From the NCBI GenBank assembly GCA_965203325.1, contig OZ241875.1, positions 3,776,001-3,840,000 of the forward strand: a stretch of 64,000 nt of DNA. The letters run 5' to 3'. This DNA is from a bacterium (GTDB taxonomy: Bacteria; UBA8248). Both the position numbers and the translations under genes were made by a program. The notes under the pieces are model-generated. The model was not told where the DNA came from, searched no databases, and saw nothing but the letters and a program-made list of their open reading frames with translations. Position 1 is the first letter of the stretch, and each line of letters starts with the position of its first letter. Below, piece by piece: positions 1 through 9,369 of the stretch.

Positions 1-1
1 A

Positions 2-355
2 ATCGAGACGCTCAAAATCATCGAGGAGCTTGGACTGCCCGAAGCCCTGGACGGGAGGACGAAAGCGCTCTCGGAAGGGATGGCGGACGCGGCGAAAGTA
101 GCGGGAATTCCATTCTCCGGTGCGCGCTGCGGGTCGATGTTCGGCGCGTTTTTTCAGTCGGGTCCGGTTCGCAATTTCTCCGACGCCATGAACTCTGACA
201 CGAAAAGGTATGCCAAATTCTTTCATTCTATGCTAAAACGGGGCGTGGCATTCGCCCCGAGTCAGTTCGAAGTGGGGTTCATGTCTTCCGCCCATACGGA
301 TGAGAGCGTGGAGGCCACGCTGGCCGCCGCGCGAGAGGCGTTCGCCGAGTTGTAG
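2..355 (+). CDS. hemL: glutamate-1-semialdehyde 2,1-aminomutase, C-terminal part (5' truncated by window)
   Basis: Frame open from position 2; GSMFGAFF...FFHSMLKRGVAFAPSQFEVGFMSSAH is the typical HemL C-terminus. Confidence 0.9.
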   Translation: METLKIIEELGLPEALDGRTKALSEGMADAAKVAGIPFSGARCGSMFGAFFQSGPVRNFSDAMNSDTKRYAKFFHSMLKRGVAFAPSQFEVGFMSSAHTDESVEATLAAAREAFAEL

Positions 356-390
356 CCGATGAGGCTCGCGCGCCTCGGGGTCTGAGCGCG

Positions 391-714
391 ATGCGAAAAG
401 CAGGACGATCATCCACCAAGGGCCAATCCCCCAAAGCCAGATTCTTCTTCTGGATGTGCGCGGGCGTCATCGTTTTGCTGCTCGGCTCCGCCTTGCTGGG
501 CCGGGACGGGTATCTCGCCGTCATCGTGAACAAAGAGCGCGTGTCCGAACTCCAAAAAGAGAACGCGGAAATCGAGGCGAAGAACAAGGAGTTGCGCGCG
601 GAGATTCGCTCTTTGCGCTCCCATGAGCGCGCGATAGAGAAAATCGCGCGAGAAGACTTAGGGCTCGTGAAGAAAGGCGAAATCGTCTACGAGTTCATCC
701 CCTCGAAAAAATGA
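391..714 (+). CDS. ftsB: septum formation initiator (FtsB/DivIC family)
   Basis: Single TM segment, coiled coil, IEKIAREDLGLVKKGEIVY motif. Confidence 0.85.
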   Translation: MRKAGRSSTKGQSPKARFFFWMCAGVIVLLLGSALLGRDGYLAVIVNKERVSELQKENAEIEAKNKELRAEIRSLRSHERAIEKIAREDLGLVKKGEIVYEFIPSKK

Positions 715-779
715 ATCGTGATTTTCGGTTCCTCGATCCCGGGGAGCCTCTTGGTAGTTCTCGAAGAACCTCTCTCTCC

Positions 780-808
780 TTGACAGAACGCCCGTGCGGG
801 AGTAGATA
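780..808 (+). promoter_or_regulatory. sigma70-type promoter for tRNA
   Basis: TTGACA (780-785), 17-nt spacer, TAGATA (803-808), just upstream of the tRNA. Confidence 0.6.
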
Positions 809-819
809 ACACATATTGA

Positions 820-896
<77 letters not shown>

Positions 897-907
897 AGCG
901 AATAACG

Positions 908-931
908 GCCGCGGGGTCTCCGCGGCTTTTT
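908..931 (+). terminator. intrinsic terminator after tRNA
   Basis: GCCGCGG-ggtct-CCGCGGC followed by TTTTT. Confidence 0.8.
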
Positions 932-992
932 ACTTGCCGGTTACATACGCGAAGTCATAGAGACATCATTTTCAAAAGTGAAAGGAACGGGA

Positions 993-2123
993 ATGGCGGA
1001 CAAAAAAGAACTGGGGCTGGCCATCGTCGGCTGCGGGGTCGTGGGGCGCATGCGGGGCGCGCTGGCCAGGGATTTCCCCGGAATCGGGTGGATCGGCCTC
1101 TCCGACATGAACGAGAAGGTCGGAGAAAGACTTAAAGCAGACATCGGGGCCGATTACTTCACGGCCGATTTTCACGAACTCATCGCCCGCCCCGAGGTGG
1201 ATGCGGCGATCATCGCCACCTCGACCTGGGCGCATGTCGAACCCACGCTCGCCGCGGCGGAGCGCGGCCTGCCCATGCTGATCGAAAAACCGCTCGCCAC
1301 GGACGCGCGCGAGTCGGCCTCCGTGCTCGCGGCGATTGAATCGGCCGGCGTGGACGCCGTCGTCGGCTACACCCAGCGTTTTCGCAGGCGTTTCCTCGCC
1401 GTGAAGGACCGCGTCGATAACGGCCAGATCGGCGACGTCACGGCGGCGGTTACGCGCGCCTTCATGAACCGCATGGCGCCGACCGGTGAGGTTCGCCTCT
1501 CGCAGGACCGCCGGTTCCTGACGCCCATGGTCGTCTCCGGCACCCACAGCCTCGACATGTGTCTGTGGCTGATGGGCGACGCCAAGCCGGTTTCTCTCTA
1601 TGCGCGCTCGACCGAGGGGATTCTGAGCGATCTCGGCACCAAGGATGCCACCTTCGGCGTGTTCACGATGGATAGCGGTGCCATCTGGAGCATGAACATC
1701 TGCTGGGCGCTGCCCAAGGAGTGGCCCGGCGCGGTGTACGGGCTCGAAATCGGCATCGTGGGCACGAAGGGCGTGGTGGACATCGAGGACACGCACCGCG
1801 ACGTGGTGATGGCTTCTGAATTCTCGCAGGGACCCGCCTATAATCCCGAGGATCTTGATCTAGAAGCGCGGCGGAACGTCGATTTCCTCACGAGCTTCCC
1901 GCCGGGCGACATGTATGACGGAGAGCTTTGGGGCCCCATGCGCGAGGAGACGAACTCTTGGTTCCAGCGGATTTATTCGGGCAAGCGCACCCCCCACGCG
2001 ACCGCCACCGAGGGGCACCGCAATCTGGTGTTGACCATGGCGATGGACCTCTCGGCCAAGCGCGGTGAGGAGTTGAAGCTGCCCATCGATCCTGCGGAGT
2101 TGATGGCGGGCCTGGAAGCGTAG
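993..2123 (+). CDS. Gfo/Idh/MocA family oxidoreductase
   Basis: GCGVVG Rossmann motif, IEKPLA, GTHSLD. Confidence 0.9.
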   Translation: MADKKELGLAIVGCGVVGRMRGALARDFPGIGWIGLSDMNEKVGERLKADIGADYFTADFHELIARPEVDAAIIATSTWAHVEPTLAAAERGLPMLIEKPLATDARESASVLAAIESAGVDAVVGYTQRFRRRFLAVKDRVDNGQIGDVTAAVTRAFMNRMAPTGEVRLSQDRRFLTPMVVSGTHSLDMCLWLMGDAKPVSLYARSTEGILSDLGTKDATFGVFTMDSGAIWSMNICWALPKEWPGAVYGLEIGIVGTKGVVDIEDTHRDVVMASEFSQGPAYNPEDLDLEARRNVDFLTSFPPGDMYDGELWGPMREETNSWFQRIYSGKRTPHATATEGHRNLVLTMAMDLSAKRGEELKLPIDPAELMAGLEA

Positions 2124-2163
2124 GACATTCCTGGAAATTTAATCAGTAGGGCAGAGCGGATAT

Positions 2164-3318
2164 ATGGCGACGCGGGAGTTGGGAATCATTCTTCACGGGG
2201 CGACGGGCGGCATCGGCTCCTTCCAGCATCTGAGAAACTCACTCGTACCCATCATCGACGAGGGCGGTCTCGACGTTGACGGCGAGAGAATCCTGCCGAA
2301 GCTCCTGCTCGTCGGCAGGAGCGGGGAGCGCCTCGCGAAACTGGCGGCGGAACACGGCGGCCTCGAATGGACGACCGATCTCGATGCAGTCCTCGCAAAC
2401 GCGGCGTATCCCGTCTTCTTCGACGCGGCGGCCACGCACTTGCGGGCGGGCGTATTAAAGCGCGCCATCGCCGCCGGGAAGCACATCTATACCGAAAAAC
2501 CCGTCGCGCCCAGCGTAAAGGAGGGGATGGCGCTTCTTCGCGCGGCGCTGGCGGGGGGCCTCAAGCACGGCGCGGTGGAGGACAAGCTCTTCCTGCCGGG
2601 GTTTCTGAAACTCAGGCGGGTGGTGGAGAGCGGTTTTCTGGGCCGCGTCATTGGTTTTCAGATCAACTTCGGCTGGTGGGTGTTCGACGGGGTCGAGGCG
2701 GAATGCCAGCGCCCGAGCTGGAACTACCGAAAAGCGGGCGGCGGCGGGCTCATCTCGGACATGCACCCGCACTGGCGCTACGTCGTGGAGGGAACTCTGG
2801 GGCCGATTGCGCGCGTGGCGGCGCTCTCCTGGACGGGCCAGACCGAGCGCGCCGACGAGGCGGGGGAGCGCTTCCGCGTCGACGTAGAGGATAACGCGCA
2901 CACGCTTCTGGAACTCGAAAACGGCGCGCGCGGCGCGATTCTGAGCTCCTGGTCCACGCGGGTGAGGCGCGAGGACCTGGTGACCTTCCAGGTGGATGGA
3001 ACCAAAGGCTCCGCGGTGGCGGGTTTAAGAAAATGCTGGAAACAGGCGGCGGGCGATACCCCTTTGGTGCGCGGTTTCCTGATGGGCCGCGACGCGGACA
3101 CCATGGACGTCTCGGTGGACTACCGCGAGAACTGGCAGGAGGAGCCCGACGCGGAGTCCTACAAGAACCCCTATCGCTACGGCTGGGAGCGCTTCATCCG
3201 TCACGTCGCGGGCGATGAGCCTTTCTACGCCGATCTTTCCGCCGGCATCCGGGACGTGCGGCTCGCCGAAGCCTGCCTCAAAAGCGCGCAAGAGGGCGGC
3301 TGGGTGGAGATGGCGTAG
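2164..3318 (+). CDS. Gfo/Idh/MocA family oxidoreductase
   Basis: GATGGIG, GKHIYTEKP, GGGGLISDMHPHW. Confidence 0.88.
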   Translation: MATRELGIILHGATGGIGSFQHLRNSLVPIIDEGGLDVDGERILPKLLLVGRSGERLAKLAAEHGGLEWTTDLDAVLANAAYPVFFDAAATHLRAGVLKRAIAAGKHIYTEKPVAPSVKEGMALLRAALAGGLKHGAVEDKLFLPGFLKLRRVVESGFLGRVIGFQINFGWWVFDGVEAECQRPSWNYRKAGGGGLISDMHPHWRYVVEGTLGPIARVAALSWTGQTERADEAGERFRVDVEDNAHTLLELENGARGAILSSWSTRVRREDLVTFQVDGTKGSAVAGLRKCWKQAAGDTPLVRGFLMGRDADTMDVSVDYRENWQEEPDAESYKNPYRYGWERFIRHVAGDEPFYADLSAGIRDVRLAEACLKSAQEGGWVEMA

Positions 3319-3343
3319 TCATAATGGCCCGGTATCTCGGGCT

Positions 3344-3835
3344 TCAGCCGATAGGGTCGTTCCCGCCACCGTGGTTCGCCACGTCCCCCTCATTCAGTTG
3401 AATGAACGCCTGCGCGAGGACGATGGCGGCGGTGTTGGCGAGGTTGTAGGAGCGTATCGGCCCCGGCATGGGCACGTAAATCCGCCGCTCGGACCAGCGC
3501 GCGTGCCATGAATCGGGCAGGCCGGTGTTTTCGTTCCCGAGCAGCAGCACGTCTTCGTCCCGATACGTCACCCGGTCGAAGCGCGAAGCGCCGAACTTCG
3601 TGATGAGCCAGGGCGTTCTCTCGCCCAGCCATTCGAGGAATTGGCTTTCGTTCTCGTGGATGGTGAGCTTCACGTCCGGCCAGTAGTCGAGCCCCGCTCT
3701 TTTGAGGGAATTGTCCGAAAAATCGAATTTCGCGGGCTCGATGATGTGAAGATGCGCCCCCATCCCCACGCACAGCCTGCCGATGTTCCCGGTGTTCTGC
3801 GGAATGGCCGGATGATAGAGAGCGACGTGGAGCAT
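3344..3835 (-). CDS. trmL: tRNA (cytidine/uridine-34 2'-O)-methyltransferase (SPOUT)
   Basis: PAIPQNTGNIGRLC, RAGLDYW, GNENTGLP, RSYNLAN motifs. Confidence 0.92.
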   Translation of the reverse strand: MLHVALYHPAIPQNTGNIGRLCVGMGAHLHIIEPAKFDFSDNSLKRAGLDYWPDVKLTIHENESQFLEWLGERTPWLITKFGASRFDRVTYRDEDVLLLGNENTGLPDSWHARWSERRIYVPMPGPIRSYNLANTAAIVLAQAFIQLNEGDVANHGGGNDPIG

Positions 3836-3873
3836 TTCATTCTATTCGGAAGTTGGGGACCCGACGCCGAGTG

Positions 3874-5190
3874 TCATCCCGAGACGGCGCCGCGAACGCT
3901 CGCCTTGTCTACCGCGTCGGTGAGGATGTCCATCGCCTGATCCATCTGCCCCTCCGTCGTGGTGGCCGGCGGCACGAAGCGGAGCACGCTTCCCCCGCGC
4001 CGCTGGCTGAAGATGAGTCCGTTTTCCAGGCAACGGCGGTTGATCTCGCTTCCCTGTCTGGTGGCGGGCGTCTTGGAGCGCCTGTCCTCCACCAGTTCGA
4101 TTCCTTGGAGAAGCCCCCGCCCCCTGATGTCGCCCACCATTTCATATTGCTCGCCCAGCCAGGTGAGGCGCTCTCTTAAGTGAGCGCCGATTTTTCTCGC
4201 CTTGGCGGGCACGTCTTCTCCCTCGATGACGTCGAGGCTCGCCACGCCGGCGGCGCAGGCGAGCGGGTCGTTCGTGTGCGAATGGGTAACGACGAACTCG
4301 GTGGACGCTATCTTGTCCTCCACCTCGGCGCTCGTCGAGACCGAGGAGATGCTCACGCCCCCGCCGAAATGTTTCGCCAGCGTCACGACGTCGGGCACCA
4401 CCTCGTCTTTCTCGAAGCCGAACATCGTGCCCAGCTTGCCGAGCCCCGTCTGCTCGTCGTCCACGATGAGGAGCATGTCGCGCTCCTCGCAGCTTTCTTT
4501 CAACTTCTTGAGCCATCCGGGCGGCGGCTCCACCACGCCTCCCGCGCTGAACAGTGGTTCGGTGATGACGGCGGCGGGCTTGCTCGTCGTTTGCGCGTCG
4601 ATGAGTTCGAAGCTCGTGTCCAGGCAGGCGATCTCGCAATCGGGGAATTTCTGGGCGAGCGGACAGCGGTAGCAATAGGGCGCGACCATGGCCATGCTCC
4701 CGGGAGAGAGCGGCCCGTGCCCGCTGTGCCAGCCCGCGAAGGTGAGCGAGCGCGCCGTGTCGGAGAGGCCGTGGAAGCTGATGTGGGGGCTCGCCACCTC
4801 GAAGCCGTCCGTGAATTTGCGGGCGATCGTCACCGCCGCCTCGTTGGCGTCGGCGCCCGATCCCAGGAAAAGGCTTTTCTCCAACGGGGGCGGCAGCAAC
4901 GCGCCCAGGCGTTCGGCGAGGATGATTTCCTGGTCGTTGAAGAAGCTGCTGTGCGCGTGAATCAACTCATCGCAGCTTTTCTTGATGGCGTCCGTGACGG
5001 TGGGGTGGTTGTGCCCGAGGGCGGAGCACATCTGGCCCGAATTGAAATCGAGGTACTGCTTGCCGTTCACGTCCTCGACGGTCGATCCCTCGCCGCGCAC
5101 GAAGACGGGGCCTGAGAAAACAGACTTGTCCACCCGACCGCGAAAGCTGTATTTCTTCGCCGAATCGAGCAGGTCTTTTTCGCTTCGCAT
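3874..5190 (-). CDS. class III PLP aminotransferase, 2,2-dialkylglycine decarboxylase-like
   Basis: DFNSGQMCSALGHNHP, EPLFSAGG, QTGLGKLG, TLAKHFGGG, HTNDPL; GGAGG RBS before ATG at 5190. Confidence 0.8.
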   Translation of the reverse strand: MRSEKDLLDSAKKYSFRGRVDKSVFSGPVFVRGEGSTVEDVNGKQYLDFNSGQMCSALGHNHPTVTDAIKKSCDELIHAHSSFFNDQEIILAERLGALLPPPLEKSLFLGSGADANEAAVTIARKFTDGFEVASPHISFHGLSDTARSLTFAGWHSGHGPLSPGSMAMVAPYCYRCPLAQKFPDCEIACLDTSFELIDAQTTSKPAAVITEPLFSAGGVVEPPPGWLKKLKESCEERDMLLIVDDEQTGLGKLGTMFGFEKDEVVPDVVTLAKHFGGGVSISSVSTSAEVEDKIASTEFVVTHSHTNDPLACAAGVASLDVIEGEDVPAKARKIGAHLRERLTWLGEQYEMVGDIRGRGLLQGIELVEDRRSKTPATRQGSEINRRCLENGLIFSQRRGGSVLRFVPPATTTEGQMDQAMDILTDAVDKASVRGAVSG

Positions 5191-5434
5191 GGGAGTGCCT
5201 CCATGGGGATCGCGAGAATGGACGCTTGATGCGCTCCTCTCGCCAAGGCGGTTTTCTCTGCCGGAGCCGCGCTCCATGTAACGCTGATGTATGCTTTAAT
5301 ACTAGCGCATATTCATGGATTCGGATATGGCTTATCATCAAGCCATGAGGCGCAAAGTCTTCCAATGGTGAATCGCCCGTGAGCCGCGTGGTTGCGCAAA
5401 TCGTGGGTGAGGACTTCCGGGAGGGTGGTTTCGA

Positions 5435-6982
5435 ATGAACATGGCGGAATTCTTGGCCCGGGCGGCCAGAGCCTGCGGGGAGCGGCCGGCCATATCTTTT
5501 GGAGAAGCGGTGCATTGCACGTATGAGGAGTTCGCCCGCCGGGCGGGATCCATGGCGGGTTTCCTGCGGGAAGATCTGGACATGAAGCCCGGAGACCGCG
5601 TCGCCATCACCATGAAGAATTGCCCGGCGTTTCTGGAGGGCCTCTACGCCATATGGCATGCCGGCTGCTGCGCATTGCCCATCAACGCGAAACTCCATCC
5701 GAAGGAGATGGCCTTCATCCTGGAGAATGCGGGCGCGCGTAGTTGCTTCGCCACTTCCGACTTGATGGAGACTGTGACGCCGCTCGTCGATGAAATCGAG
5801 ACGCTCGAGAGCGTGATGGAGGTCGATACCCTCGAATACCGGGCGATTCAGTCCCGAGAGGCCATTCCCATCGAACCTCAAGCGCCGGATGATCTGGCCT
5901 GGCTTTTCTATACGAGCGGCACGACGGGCAGGCCGAAGGGCGCCATGCTCACCCACGAGAACCTCCACAGCATGAGCCTGAGTTATTTCGCCGACGTCGA
6001 TCCGGTCTCCGAAAACGATTGCATCCTGCACGCCGCGCCCCTGTCCCACGGCTCGGGCCTGTACGCGATACCGCACGTATATCAGGGCGCGAACAACATC
6101 GTTCCAGAGAGCGGGGGGTTCGAGCCTGAAGAGATTTTTCGGCTCATCGAGGTCTATCCGGGCCTCGCCATGTTCGCCGCGCCCACCATGGTCACGCGCC
6201 TGATTCAGAGCGAGGCGATAGGGGATGCGGATACCACGAATTTGAAGGTCATCGCCTATGGCGGTGGGCCGATGTACGTGGAAGACCTCAAAAAAGCGAT
6301 GGAGGCTCTGGGGAACAAACTCGTTCAGGTATACGGGCAGGGGGAAAGCCCCATGACCATTACCGTCGTCTCCAGAGAGCGGCACGTCGATACGGCCCAC
6401 CCCCGCTTCGAGGAGCGCCTCGCATCCGTCGGGGTGCCGCACACCGTGGTCGAGGTGCGCGTGGTGGACGGCGATGACAACACCCTGCCGCCGGGAGAGA
6501 CCGGCGAAGTGCTCGTGCGCGGCGACGTCGTCATGAAGGGCTACTGGAACAACCCGGAGGCCACGGCGAGCGCGCTCAAGGGCGGATGGCTCCACACGGG
6601 CGACGTGGGCGTGATGGATGAGGACGGCTTCCTCACCCTCAAGGATCGCTCGAAAGACCTCATCATCAGCGGCGGCAGCAACATCTACCCCCGCGAAGTG
6701 GAGGAGGTGCTGCTGCGTCACGAGGGCGTTCTGGAGGTCTCCGTCATCGGGCGTCCCCACCCGGACTGGGGGGAGGAGGTGATGGCCTTCGTGGTGCCCA
6801 GGGATGGGGGAGGCGTGAGCGAGGAAGACCTCGACGGCTTGTGCCTCGAACACATCGCGCGCTTCAAGCGCCCCCGGGCGTACCGTTTCATCGAGGCCCT
6901 GCCCAAGAACAATTACGGAAAAGTCCTCAAGACGGCGCTTCGCGAGATGGCCGAGCGTGAATCCCGGGAAAACGGTGGATGA
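5435..6982 (+). CDS. AMP-dependent acyl-CoA synthetase/ligase
   Basis: YTSGTTGRPKG, YGQGE, GWLHTGD, LPKNNYGKV. Confidence 0.93.
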   Translation: MNMAEFLARAARACGERPAISFGEAVHCTYEEFARRAGSMAGFLREDLDMKPGDRVAITMKNCPAFLEGLYAIWHAGCCALPINAKLHPKEMAFILENAGARSCFATSDLMETVTPLVDEIETLESVMEVDTLEYRAIQSREAIPIEPQAPDDLAWLFYTSGTTGRPKGAMLTHENLHSMSLSYFADVDPVSENDCILHAAPLSHGSGLYAIPHVYQGANNIVPESGGFEPEEIFRLIEVYPGLAMFAAPTMVTRLIQSEAIGDADTTNLKVIAYGGGPMYVEDLKKAMEALGNKLVQVYGQGESPMTITVVSRERHVDTAHPRFEERLASVGVPHTVVEVRVVDGDDNTLPPGETGEVLVRGDVVMKGYWNNPEATASALKGGWLHTGDVGVMDEDGFLTLKDRSKDLIISGGSNIYPREVEEVLLRHEGVLEVSVIGRPHPDWGEEVMAFVVPRDGGGVSEEDLDGLCLEHIARFKRPRAYRFIEALPKNNYGKVLKTALREMAERESRENGG

Positions 6983-8361
6983 TGAAGCCGGGCACCGCGT
7001 CTTACGCGAAAGAAATGAGATTCTCTCGCCTTCAGGCAGCTTTTGCCTCGGGCGGGCAAACGCCGTCTGACGTTGTTCATGAAGTCTGTCGGCGGATCGC
7101 CGCGCGCGGTGAGGACGGCGTTTGGATTCACGTTGAACCTGAGGATAGATTGCTCGCGCGCGCGCAAGAACTCGAAACCCGCAGGGCGGATGCGGACTCA
7201 CTCCCCCTTTACGGCGTTCCCTTCGCGGTCAAGGACAACATCGACGTGGCGGGGGTCCCTACGACGGCGGCGTGCCCCGAATACGCCTATACACCCGATG
7301 AGAGCGCTCCCTGCGTGGCGCTTCTACTCGATGCCGGGGCGATTTTCGTCGGAAAGACGAACCTGGATCAGTTCGCAACCGGCCTCGTCGGCACGCGCAC
7401 GCCTTATGGCGTGGCGCGGAATCCGTATCATCCCGACTACGTTCCGGGCGGTTCGAGTTCCGGCTCGGCCGTGGCCGTCGCGTCGGGTCTGGTGAGTTTC
7501 GCCCTCGGCACGGACACGGCGGGCTCGGGCCGGGTGCCCGCGGGGTTCAACAACATCGTGGGCTTGAAACCCTCACGGGGGCTGGTGAGCACGCGGGGTG
7601 TGGTTCCCGCCTGCCGCACGCTCGATTGCGTCTCGGTTTTCGCTCTCGCGGCTTCGGATGCGCTTTGCGCCCTCGAGACGATGGCCGTCCCGGATGACGA
7701 CCCGTACAGCCGCGCTCTTCCGGCGGGAGCGTCCCTGCAAATGGCCGCCGACTTGCCGGGTGGGCTGAAGGCGGGCGTTCCTCTGCCCGGGCAAAGGGAT
7801 TTTCTGGGAGATGATGAGGCGAGAAGCGCCTATGAGAAGGGGGTAGAGCGCATCTCGGAGATGGGCGCGGCTGTGCAGGAGGTTGATTTCTCGCCTTTTT
7901 TCGAGGCGGCGAAACTCCTGTACGGCGGTCCCTGGGTGGCGGAACGTCTGGCGGCGATTGAAGCGTTTTTTGGAGAAAAACCCGAAGCCCTTCATCCCGT
8001 CACGAGGGAGTTGATCGCGGGCGCCGCCGGGTATACGGCGGTCGACGCCTTCAAGGCATTCTATCGCCTGGAAGAGTTAAAGCGTGAAGCGAGAAAAATA
8101 TGGAAAAATATTGATTTTATGTCGGTTCCCACGACGCCCACGGCCTACACGATAGGCGAGGTGAATGCCGACCCCATCGACTTGAACGCGAACCTGGGGA
8201 TGTATACAAATTTTGTGAATCTCCTGGATTTATGCGCCGTCGCCATCCCGAACGGGTTTTACGCGAACGGTCTGCCCATCGGGATGACCCTTCTCGCGCC
8301 CGCTTTCCAGGAGAGATTCCTGTGCACTGTGGCGGAGGAATTTATATCGGGGGAAGGTTAA
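6979..8361 (+). CDS. atzF: allophanate hydrolase-like amidase (amidase domain only)
   Basis: KDNIDVAG, GKTNLDQFATGLVGTR, GGSSSGS, GTDTAGSGRVPA, YTNFVNLLD. Confidence 0.8.
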   Translation: MMKPGTASYAKEMRFSRLQAAFASGGQTPSDVVHEVCRRIAARGEDGVWIHVEPEDRLLARAQELETRRADADSLPLYGVPFAVKDNIDVAGVPTTAACPEYAYTPDESAPCVALLLDAGAIFVGKTNLDQFATGLVGTRTPYGVARNPYHPDYVPGGSSSGSAVAVASGLVSFALGTDTAGSGRVPAGFNNIVGLKPSRGLVSTRGVVPACRTLDCVSVFALAASDALCALETMAVPDDDPYSRALPAGASLQMAADLPGGLKAGVPLPGQRDFLGDDEARSAYEKGVERISEMGAAVQEVDFSPFFEAAKLLYGGPWVAERLAAIEAFFGEKPEALHPVTRELIAGAAGYTAVDAFKAFYRLEELKREARKIWKNIDFMSVPTTPTAYTIGEVNADPIDLNANLGMYTNFVNLLDLCAVAIPNGFYANGLPIGMTLLAPAFQERFLCTVAEEFISGEG

Positions 8362-8401
8362 GATAGATGAAAGTGAGAAAATTTTTCGTGGAGGATGTCT
8401 G

Positions 8402-9301
8402 ATGAAGCGTTTGGGTTTTGTAGGCGTGGGGGCGATGGGCGGACGCATGGTGCCGCATCTCCTCAATGCGGGACATGAAGTGGGCGTGGTGGACGTCGTC
8501 CGTGAATCTGTGGAACGCGCCGTGTCAAATGGCGCCGTCGAGGCGTCCGGTCCGGCGGAACTCGCCGCTACGTGCGAAATCGTGCTCACCTCCCTGCCCA
8601 CGGGAGCCGAGGTGGAAGACGTCTACCTGGGCGAGGGCGGCCTCATGGAAGCCGTGGGCGAGGGCGGCTTGCTGGTCGACCTCTCCACCATCGAGCCCGA
8701 TCAGAGCCGCAAACTCGCCGCCGAGGCGGCGGAGCGCGGGGCGGTGGCGCTCGATGCGCCCGTCTCGGGCGGGGTGATGGGGGCGGACGCGGCGAGCCTC
8801 ACCATCATGGTCGGCGGCCCGAAAGAGGCCTTCGAAGTCGTGCAGCCCGTCCTGGCGTTGATGGGGAAGAACATCATCCACGTCGGGGGGTACGGCGCGG
8901 GGCAGGTCGCCAAACTCTGCAACAACCTCATCGCGGGCGTCACCATGGTGGCGGCGGCGGAGGCGTTCGCCATGGGCAAGGCGTCCGGCGTGGACACGAA
9001 GATTCTCCATGAGGTGATCCGCACGAGCAGCGGCGGGAGCTGGGTGATGGAGAAAGACCCGCCGTGCCCCGATCTCATTGAGGGCGCGCCTTCGAGCAAG
9101 GATTTCGAAGCCGGCTTCACGGTGGACTTGATGCTCAAGGACATGTCCCTGGCCGTTTCGGCTCTCATGTCCCTGGGGATTCCCTGTCCCACTGGTGCGG
9201 CGGCGAACCAGGTCTACCGCATGGCTTCGCGCGACGGTCTGGGGGACTTGGATTTCGCCGCGGTGGCCATGCTGACGGGCGCGGCGGAGCGTCCCCGATG
9301 A
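8402..9301 (+). CDS. 3-hydroxyisobutyrate dehydrogenase family (beta-hydroxyacid dehydrogenase)
   Basis: GVGAMG, DAPVSGG, AKLCNN, LMLKD. Confidence 0.88.
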   Translation: MKRLGFVGVGAMGGRMVPHLLNAGHEVGVVDVVRESVERAVSNGAVEASGPAELAATCEIVLTSLPTGAEVEDVYLGEGGLMEAVGEGGLLVDLSTIEPDQSRKLAAEAAERGAVALDAPVSGGVMGADAASLTIMVGGPKEAFEVVQPVLALMGKNIIHVGGYGAGQVAKLCNNLIAGVTMVAAAEAFAMGKASGVDTKILHEVIRTSSGGSWVMEKDPPCPDLIEGAPSSKDFEAGFTVDLMLKDMSLAVSALMSLGIPCPTGAAANQVYRMASRDGLGDLDFAAVAMLTGAAERPR

Positions 9302-9369
9302 GCGGCGTATTGCAGGAATATGCCTGACAGCGCGAAGCGCGCTGATTGGCTGATCGGAGGAGTCATCTG

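Noticed and set aside
4967..7201. 744-aa minus-strand ORF and similar long antisense ORFs (e.g. 56029-57831, 13444-14811, 24168-25424)
   Set aside because: Shadow ORFs opposite well-supported genes in high-GC DNA, with no recognisable motifs
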